This document shows, in pieces, positions 1 to 6,554 of a stretch of 64,000 nt of DNA (position 1 is its first letter; each line of letters opens with the position of its first letter). The DNA comes from an uncultured Anaerolineaceae bacterium (GTDB taxonomy: Bacteria > Chloroflexota > Anaerolineae > Anaerolineales > UBA4823), in NCBI GenBank assembly GCA_964606085.1, contig CAZSFD010000001.1, positions 199,795-263,794 on the forward strand, in the 5' to 3' direction. The translations under genes and the position numbers were made by a program. The notes beneath the pieces were generated by a model. The model did not search any database and had not been told where the DNA came from. It saw only the letters and a program-made list of their open reading frames with translations.

Positions 1-485
1 GCCCGGGCGGCGGCCCCAAGGCCGGGTTCTTTGCCCTGCCCGATGTGGACGATGAAGTGCTGGTGGTCTTTGAACATGGCGATTTCAACCACCCCTTCGT
101 GTTGGGCGGCATCTGGAATGGCAAAGACCCCCTGCCGCCGAAATCGGACAGCGTGGGCGGCAATGAAATGCCGCAGGTGCGCACATGGTGTTCGCGCAAG
201 GGGCATCGCATCACCATGTACGATAATGCCGATAATAAAATCGAAATCGTCACCGCCGGCAACCAGCAAATTGTGATGGATGACGCCGGCAAGAAAATCA
301 CGGTCAAGACCAGCGGCGGCCTGTCGGTTACGATGGATGACAATGGCTCCAAAGTGAGCATCCAAAGCGGCAGCGAGGTGGAGATCAAAGCGGGCAGCAA
401 TCTCAAAATTCAGGCCAATGGCAACATAGACCTTCAGGCCAGCGGCATGGTCAACATCAAGGGAGCGACGGTCAACCTGAACTGA
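1..485 (+). CDS. VgrG/gp5-like central spike protein of a contractile injection system (C-terminal part; 5' end is upstream of the window)
   Basis: Frame is open from base 3 (PGGGPKAGFFALPDVDDEVLVVFEHGDFNHPFVLGGIWNGKDPLP), the conserved gp5/VgrG OB-fold end. It is followed by a beta-helix-like short-period repeat (KIEIVTAGNQQIVMDDAGKKITVKTSGGLSVTMDDNGSKVSIQSGSEVEIKAGSNLKIQANGNIDLQASG). Confidence 0.8.
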   Translation, partial: PGGGPKAGFFALPDVDDEVLVVFEHGDFNHPFVLGGIWNGKDPLPPKSDSVGGNEMPQVRTWCSRKGHRITMYDNADNKIEIVTAGNQQIVMDDAGKKITVKTSGGLSVTMDDNGSKVSIQSGSEVEIKAGSNLKIQANGNIDLQASGMVNIKGATVNLN

Positions 486-501
486 CGCTCAAGGAGGAAC
501 G

Positions 502-891
502 ATGCCCACACTGGTTACCAACGGCGCCATGCTGACGTGCAGCTTTGGCGTAGCCCCCAGTACGCTGACGGTTGTGCCAGCCAGCATGGTCAACGCCAGC
601 AACCTGCCGGCGGCAACGACGATGGATAACATTGCCATGACCAATATCATGCCTTTTGGCATGTGTACCACCCTCACCAACCCCCAGGTGGCTTCGGCCA
701 CGACTGCCGCATCGGGCGTGCTGACGCCGCAGCCGTGCATCCCCGTCACCACCGCCCCCTGGACGCCCGGCTCGCCCACCGTGATGATCGGTAAAAAGAT
801 GGCGCTGCAAAACACCTGTCAACTGATGTGTGCCTGGGGAGGCGTCATCACCATCACCAACGCCGGGCAGTTTACCGTCAATGTCCCCTAA
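502..891 (+). CDS. DUF4280-type (PAAR-like) spike tip protein
   Basis: 129 aa with GGAGG RBS 6 nt upstream. Pattern VTNGAMLTCSFG..P..L.V..., NIMPFGMC, PQPCIPVTTAPWTPGSPTVMIGKKMALQNTCQLMCAWGGVITITNAGQ matches the conserved Cys/Gly layout of DUF4280. Sits directly after VgrG. Confidence 0.75.
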   Translation: MPTLVTNGAMLTCSFGVAPSTLTVVPASMVNASNLPAATTMDNIAMTNIMPFGMCTTLTNPQVASATTAASGVLTPQPCIPVTTAPWTPGSPTVMIGKKMALQNTCQLMCAWGGVITITNAGQFTVNVP

Positions 892-895
892 AACC

Positions 896-924
896 GTAGC
901 GCAAATTTGAGATTTGCGCCACAA
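896..924. repeat. GCGCAA-type REP-like hairpin (gcgcaaat-ttgag-atttgcgc, followed by cacaa)
   Basis: Stem 899-906 / 912-919 read directly. Related copies at 29509-29549 and 44378-44465 share (t/g)agcgcaa...ttgcgccaca. Confidence 0.6.
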
Positions 925-942
925 TCAAAGAATGGATACATT

Positions 943-1344
943 ATGACCCATGAAATTATCGGGCGCGGCTGGACTTTCCCCCTGAAAATCAATTCGCAGG
1001 GCGGCATTGCGCTGACTTCTGAACGCAATGAGATCGAACAGGCGATGGTGATCATCCTCTCCACGGAGATCGGCCAGCGGGTGATGCGGCCCACCTTTGG
1101 CAGCCGCCTGCACGAACTGGTCTTCGCCCCCAACAACCAGCATACCCTGGCCCTGGCCCGGCGCTACACCGAAGAAGCCCTGCGCATGTGGGAGCCGCGC
1201 ATCACCAACCTCGACATCAAGGTCAGGCCCGACGAAACGCCCGCAAAAGAGTCGCGCCTGCTGATCGAAATTAACTACCAGGTGAAAGCGACCAACGATA
1301 AGCGCAGCCTGGTTTATCCGTTTTATTTACTGCCTGAAGAGTAG
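943..1344 (+). CDS. GPW/gp25-family baseplate wedge protein
   Basis: MTHEIIGRGWTFPL...IALSERNEIEQAMVIILSTEIGQRVMRPTFGSRLHELVFAPN is the gp25/GPW core motif. I prefer the ATG at 943 because the ORF-track start at 907 is a TTG inside the repeat hairpin. Confidence 0.85.
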   Translation: MTHEIIGRGWTFPLKINSQGGIALTSERNEIEQAMVIILSTEIGQRVMRPTFGSRLHELVFAPNNQHTLALARRYTEEALRMWEPRITNLDIKVRPDETPAKESRLLIEINYQVKATNDKRSLVYPFYLLPEE

Positions 1345-1409
1345 GGGCGGATAGCATTCGCCCGATTTATGACGCAATAGAAACCAATCACAACCAACCG
1401 GAGGCCTGC

Positions 1410-3416
1410 ATGCCCCTTCCCACCCCCAAACTCGATGACCGCCGCTTTCAAGACCTGGTTGATGAGGCCAAGAAACGCATCCCCCATTACTGCAAGGAGT
1501 GGACCGATCACAACGTCAGCGATCCGGGCGTGACGATGATCGAACTGTTCGCCTGGCTGACCGACCTGACCCTCTTTCGCCTGAACCAGGTGCCTGACCT
1601 GCATTACATCCGCTTTATGGATATGCTGGGTATCACCCTGCAGGAACCGCTGCCGGCCCAGACCGATGTCACCTTTTGGTTGACCAAACCACAAGAGACC
1701 GTCGCCCTCATCCCCGCCGGCACCGAAGTAGCCAGCACACAGACCGAAACCGAGCCATCCATCGTGTTCACCACCGACACCGATTTTCGCGTCCACCCGC
1801 CGCAATGGAACTGTGCCTTCTCCGAAATCACCGGTGAAGACCGCAGCAAGCATTTCGTCAGCCACAATCTCAAACGCCTGCAAACCGGTTTCGAGGGCTT
1901 CGAGGTGTTTTCGCGCACACCACTAATGGACGACGCACTCTATTTTGGCTTCGAAAACGATCTCAGCCATCACATTTTGGGCCTGGAGTTAGAATGCGAC
2001 CCGGCCGGCGGCACCGGCATTGACCCATCCTTCCCCCCTTATGTGTGGGAAGCCTCCACCGGCAGCCTGAAAGAAGCCTGGCAACCCTGCATCGTAGACA
2101 GCGATACCACCAAGGGCCTGAACCATCCGGGCAAAATTATTCTGCACCTGCCGCGCGTGGGCAAGAGCCAGATCAACAACAACGAAATGTTCTGGCTGCG
2201 CGTGCGCATTCAGGAAATTACCCCCGCCCTCAAACGCAATCACATGCAACCCTACCGCCTGACACCACGCATCGAAAAGGTGGCCATCGCCGCCTGGGGC
2301 GGCAGTGTGCCAGCCACACACGCCCAACTGATCAGCCAGGAAATGTTGGGGCGCAGCGATGGTTCGCCGGGGCAGCGCTTCCAGTTGCAAATGCCGCCCG
2401 TTCTAAAGCGCCGGCCAGGCGAAACCCTGGTGCTGCAACTCGAAGGCGAAGCTCCACAACCCTGGAAAGAAGTGCCCGATTTCGCCGATTCTGGCGCAGA
2501 AGACCGCCATTTCTGCCTCGACGGCGTCAGCGGTGAGGTGCGTTTTGGGCCAGCCATCCGCCAGCCCGATGGCACGATCAAGCTGTATGGCGCCATTCCG
2601 CCGCGCAGCGCCAATATCGTCTTCGAGCGCTACCGCCACGGCGGCGGACAAGAAGGCAACGTGGAAGCCGGTGTGCTCAACACGCTCAAGACCGCCATCC
2701 CCTACATCGAACGCGTGGTCAACCGCAAACCGGCCTATGGCGGCGTGGATGCCGAAACGCTCGAAGCTGCTATGGCGCGTGTGCCAGCGTTGCTGCGCTC
2801 ACGCCAGCGTGCGGTGACCGAAGCCGACTACGAATTTCTGGCCCGCCAGGCCCTGCCGGGGGCCATTGGCCGGGTGAAATGCCTGCAACCGCGTGCCGCC
2901 GAGGGCCGCGTGGCCGGGCGGGTAGACCCCAGCCTGGTGTATGTCCTGGTCATCCCGCGCATGAACTTTCCCGCGGGCCGCCTCGACCGCGAACTGCTCA
3001 AAATCAAACCGGAGGACAAAGCCACCCTGACCGCCTACCTGGATGAGCGCCGCCTGTTGACCACCCGCGTGGATGTGCGCGACCCGGCCTATTATTGGGT
3101 TTCGATAGAAGTGCAACTGCGCGCCGCCCCCAACGCCCAACCGACGAAAGTGGAGGCCGACGTGCTGGCGCGCCTGTACGCCTTCATCAACCCCCTCACC
3201 GGCGGGCCAGAGAAAAATGGCTGGCCCTTTGGCCGCTCCATTTACCTTTCAGACATTTATCCCTGCTTGCAGGGCATCGCTGATGTGTTGTTCGTGCGCA
3301 GCGTGGAAATGTACCCCGTACAAGAGGATGGCCGCCGCGGCAATCCGGTGGAATCCATCGAACTGGTGGCGCATGGCGTGGTCGCTTCAGCCTTGCATCA
3401 TGTGACGTTCGTATGA
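1410..3416 (+). CDS. Baseplate J (gp6/gpJ, Afp11-like) baseplate assembly protein
   Basis: 668 aa, GGAGG RBS. N-terminus LDDRRFQDLVDEAKKRIPHYCKEWTDHNVSDPGVTMIELFAWLTDLTLFRLNQVPD is the conserved opening of CIS baseplate-J proteins. Position after gp25 fits the Afp/PVC gene order. Confidence 0.85.
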   Translation: MPLPTPKLDDRRFQDLVDEAKKRIPHYCKEWTDHNVSDPGVTMIELFAWLTDLTLFRLNQVPDLHYIRFMDMLGITLQEPLPAQTDVTFWLTKPQETVALIPAGTEVASTQTETEPSIVFTTDTDFRVHPPQWNCAFSEITGEDRSKHFVSHNLKRLQTGFEGFEVFSRTPLMDDALYFGFENDLSHHILGLELECDPAGGTGIDPSFPPYVWEASTGSLKEAWQPCIVDSDTTKGLNHPGKIILHLPRVGKSQINNNEMFWLRVRIQEITPALKRNHMQPYRLTPRIEKVAIAAWGGSVPATHAQLISQEMLGRSDGSPGQRFQLQMPPVLKRRPGETLVLQLEGEAPQPWKEVPDFADSGAEDRHFCLDGVSGEVRFGPAIRQPDGTIKLYGAIPPRSANIVFERYRHGGGQEGNVEAGVLNTLKTAIPYIERVVNRKPAYGGVDAETLEAAMARVPALLRSRQRAVTEADYEFLARQALPGAIGRVKCLQPRAAEGRVAGRVDPSLVYVLVIPRMNFPAGRLDRELLKIKPEDKATLTAYLDERRLLTTRVDVRDPAYYWVSIEVQLRAAPNAQPTKVEADVLARLYAFINPLTGGPEKNGWPFGRSIYLSDIYPCLQGIADVLFVRSVEMYPVQEDGRRGNPVESIELVAHGVVASALHHVTFV

Positions 3417-4414
3417 AAGGGGGCGTTGTCATGGCTAACCCCACCTACACCCACATTTTCCACATCAGCGGGCCCGAAGAAACGACCAGCCAGTTTCAAA
3501 TCCCCATCGGCATCACCATCATCAGCCGCCAGGAGGGGGTGGGCCTGCACCTGGATAGCAAGTTCATCTCGCGCCGCCACGCCCGGCTGGAGTGCATTGA
3601 CACCGAATGCCATCTCACCGACCTGGGCAGCGAAAACGGCTCCTACATCAACGGTGAACGGCTAGAAGCGCAAACCCCCTACCTGCTGCAACACAACGAT
3701 CAGATCAAAATTGGGCCATTCACCCTGGTGGTCGAAAAAATAGCGCTTGCCGCGGTCGAAGAAGTGGCCGAAACGCCCGCCCCGCCGCCCGAACCCGTGG
3801 CCGCCGAAGAACTGCCCGGCGTGGCTGTGGCCGAAACACCCCCGCCGCCGCCACCGCCCAGCGAACCCCCCACCGCCGAGGCCCAGCCACCTGAAAAAGA
3901 TGCCTTCCTGCCGCCGCCCGGCCTGGGCCTCAAAAGCACCCGCCTGATCAATTACCTGCCAGGCATTTACTTGCCAGGCATTTACCAAAGCGATCTGCTG
4001 GCGCGCTTCCTGGGCATTTTCGAGGCCATTCTGACCCCCATCGAATGGAACATAGACAATTTCGACCTGTATCTTTCTCCCAAAACCTGCCCAAGCACGT
4101 TTTTACCCTGGTTGGCAACCTGGTTTGAGATAGAATTTGATGAAACCTGGAGCGAGGCCAAACGCCGCCAATTTTTGCAAGAAGCCCACCAAATCTACGC
4201 CGGACGCGGCACCCCGCGAGCGCTGCGCCGCACACTCGAAATTTACACCGGCCTCACCCCCACCATTGATGACACCAGCAACGATTTGGAGCCACATACC
4301 TTTCGTGTCTTCTTACCCGTACCCGAAAAAGATGTGCAGCGCACCACCATCGAAGCCCTGATCAACGCCCACAAACCGGCGCATACGGCTTATGAACTTC
4401 ACTTTCAAGAATAA
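3413..4414 (+). CDS. FHA domain fused to a phage tail protein I (gpI/Afp12-type) baseplate domain
   Basis: N-terminal FHA signature (ISRRHARLECIDTECHLTDLGSENGSYINGERL), a Pro-rich linker, then C-terminal YLPGIY..LLARFLGIFEAILTPIEWNIDNFDLYLSPKTCPSTFLPWLATWFEIEFDETWSEAKRRQFLQEAHQIYAGRGTPRALRRTLEIYTG (gpI-type domain). The ATGA overlaps the gpJ stop. An alternative start at 3431 has an AAGGGGG RBS. Confidence 0.75.
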   Translation: MKGGVVMANPTYTHIFHISGPEETTSQFQIPIGITIISRQEGVGLHLDSKFISRRHARLECIDTECHLTDLGSENGSYINGERLEAQTPYLLQHNDQIKIGPFTLVVEKIALAAVEEVAETPAPPPEPVAAEELPGVAVAETPPPPPPPSEPPTAEAQPPEKDAFLPPPGLGLKSTRLINYLPGIYLPGIYQSDLLARFLGIFEAILTPIEWNIDNFDLYLSPKTCPSTFLPWLATWFEIEFDETWSEAKRRQFLQEAHQIYAGRGTPRALRRTLEIYTGLTPTIDDTSNDLEPHTFRVFLPVPEKDVQRTTIEALINAHKPAHTAYELHFQE

Positions 4415-6554
4415 GCTCAAATCTCCTTTCGCACGGGAATTCCTCGTCATTCACATCCCCGATGGCCCCACCCGCCACGTTTCCCTGCGCGCCGCAACGC
4501 TCGAAATGGGTCGGGCAGAGGCCAACCAGATTGTCATAGACCATCCCTCCATCTCGCGCCGCCATGCCCGCCTCACCCGCCAGGGCGATGGCCTGCTGAT
4601 CGAAGACCTGGCCTCAGCCAATGGCACCTGGGTCAACGACCAGACCCTGCAACCCTACAAACCAGCCCCCATCGCCCGCGGGCAGTCCTTCTGGGTCGGA
4701 AAAGTAGAAGTTACCTACAAGCATCAAGATTTTACACTGCCGATAGTGGGCGTGTTCTTTGCGCTGCTATGCTGCTGCGCCGCCGTCCAACTGATCATCC
4801 GGCTGATCCCGCAGCCCGATGTGTTCGCCTGCGATGCACCCTCCATTTTGATCGTCCAGCCAGACCCTAACCAACGTCCCGCCGCAGCCGACGAACCCGC
4901 CCGGCCCACCGCCACCCGCCCCCCCACCGGGCCAACCCCCGCCGAAACGCAAGCAGCCGGCGAGCCAACCTCCGCCCCGCTCATCTTCACCGATGCGCTG
5001 ACCTACACCGTGCAAAACTTCTTCGATCTGCCCTTCCCCTACGCCGGCGACCGCAGCGAGTGTACCTACGGCACGCTCGAAGAGTTCCAACAGGCCAATC
5101 AGCGGCGCTACCTGGGCGGGCGCATCAACAGCTTCTTCGACCACTTCTACCCCAAATATCCCTACGACCCCGAACGCCAGGGCCGCGAAAGCCCCGACCC
5201 GCCCGAAGCCAAAAACCTGCTGCTGTTCACCGGCGAACTGAGCGCCAACGACGATTACAGCGGCCACCCCGGTTACGATTACTCGTATGAATACACCACC
5301 AGCGAGGGAAAGTACACCACACCCGTGTGCGCGGCCGCCAATGGCATCATCGCCGCGGTCGGAGGTGACGAGCAGGTTGGGCTGTATGTCAAGATCAATC
5401 ACTTCGCCAGGGTCAACGGCGTCAGCTATCGCTATCAAACCTTTTACTTGCACCTCAAACAAGATGAATTTTTCGATCAGATGCTCGGCCGAGAAGGCCA
5501 AATCATCAACGTCCACGAGCGCATTGGCACCATCGGCAACACCGGGCCATCCACCGGGCCGCACCTGCACTTCGAGGTGCGCGCCGATCTGAACAACGAC
5601 AATCGCTTCGATCTGAGCGAAGTGGTGGACCCCTATGGCTACATCCCCAGCCGCGAATACCCGGTGGACAAATGGCCGCGTCCCAGCGACTACCTGTGGA
5701 TTCATCCGTGGGGAGTTTTCCAGTCTATTGAAGGCAATGCCCAAAGCAACGCCGGCGCCGAAAAAGGCATCGGAGGCGAGTTTGCGGCGGCGGTGAGCCG
5801 GCCCGCCCGTCTGTGCGCTCCGCCCAACGCTCTGCCATCGGGCGGGTTGATCAGCTTCTCCATTTCGCTCTCCCCGCCACCGGCAGATGGGCTGATCAGC
5901 ATCGGTCGAGCGGCGATCATTGCCGTGATGAACCAGGGGCAATTTATCGAAACCTTCGCCGAGCCAGTGCGGGTGATGATCCCCTTTCCCAAAACCGAAC
6001 TGGATTACGTCAAAGATAACGAACGCCTGCGCATCTACCGCCTGCAAACCACCCAACAAGCCGATAAAGATGTATCGGTGTGGATTGCGCTGCAAACCGA
6101 ACTGGATCGCGAACATGCCGTCGCCATGGCCTACACCGACAGCCCCGGCCAATTTGCCCTGCTGGGCGAAGCCACCCAAGATACCTACCCCCCCACCACC
6201 GAGATCACCCTGGATGGCCCACAAAGCCCCGAGGGCACCTTCTACGCCAATGTCACGGTCAGCTTAGCGGCCACCGACGGCCAAAGCGGGGTAGACTCGA
6301 TCTATTACAGCCTGGATGGCCGCAACTGGCTGCTGTATAGCGAGCCATTTGTGATCTCGCCCAACGGCATCCCCGAAGCACTGCCAGAGACAGAAGATGA
6401 ATCTTTTCTGGGCGGGCCGGGCCGCTTTCAGGTGCTGGCCTCAGCCACCGATAAGGCCGGTAACAGCGAGGAGCAGCTCAAAGGCAAGCCGGCAGCCGTT
6501 TACTTCATCATTGACCCGCGCAAAGAACCCCAAAGAGGCTATCACTGGAGGTAA
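4392..6554 (+). CDS. FHA - TM - M23 (lysostaphin-type) metallopeptidase membrane protein
   Basis: FHA motif (GRAEANQIVIDHPSISRRHARLTRQGDGLLIEDLASANGTWVND) and one hydrophobic helix (LPIVGVFFALLCCCAAVQLIIRLI). M23 zinc motifs HxxxD (GHPGYDYSY) and HxH (GPHLHFEV). C-terminal beta-sandwich-like motif (YYSLDGRNWLLYSEPFVI). Confidence 0.8.
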   Translation: MNFTFKNKLKSPFAREFLVIHIPDGPTRHVSLRAATLEMGRAEANQIVIDHPSISRRHARLTRQGDGLLIEDLASANGTWVNDQTLQPYKPAPIARGQSFWVGKVEVTYKHQDFTLPIVGVFFALLCCCAAVQLIIRLIPQPDVFACDAPSILIVQPDPNQRPAAADEPARPTATRPPTGPTPAETQAAGEPTSAPLIFTDALTYTVQNFFDLPFPYAGDRSECTYGTLEEFQQANQRRYLGGRINSFFDHFYPKYPYDPERQGRESPDPPEAKNLLLFTGELSANDDYSGHPGYDYSYEYTTSEGKYTTPVCAAANGIIAAVGGDEQVGLYVKINHFARVNGVSYRYQTFYLHLKQDEFFDQMLGREGQIINVHERIGTIGNTGPSTGPHLHFEVRADLNNDNRFDLSEVVDPYGYIPSREYPVDKWPRPSDYLWIHPWGVFQSIEGNAQSNAGAEKGIGGEFAAAVSRPARLCAPPNALPSGGLISFSISLSPPPADGLISIGRAAIIAVMNQGQFIETFAEPVRVMIPFPKTELDYVKDNERLRIYRLQTTQQADKDVSVWIALQTELDREHAVAMAYTDSPGQFALLGEATQDTYPPTTEITLDGPQSPEGTFYANVTVSLAATDGQSGVDSIYYSLDGRNWLLYSEPFVISPNGIPEALPETEDESFLGGPGRFQVLASATDKAGNSEEQLKGKPAAVYFIIDPRKEPQRGYHWR

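Noticed and set aside
4767-6224. 485-aa minus-strand ORF
   Set aside because: It is antisense to the FHA-M23 gene, which has clear motifs. The translation is Gly/Ala/Arg/Val-rich with no recognisable domain, a typical high-G+C shadow ORF.
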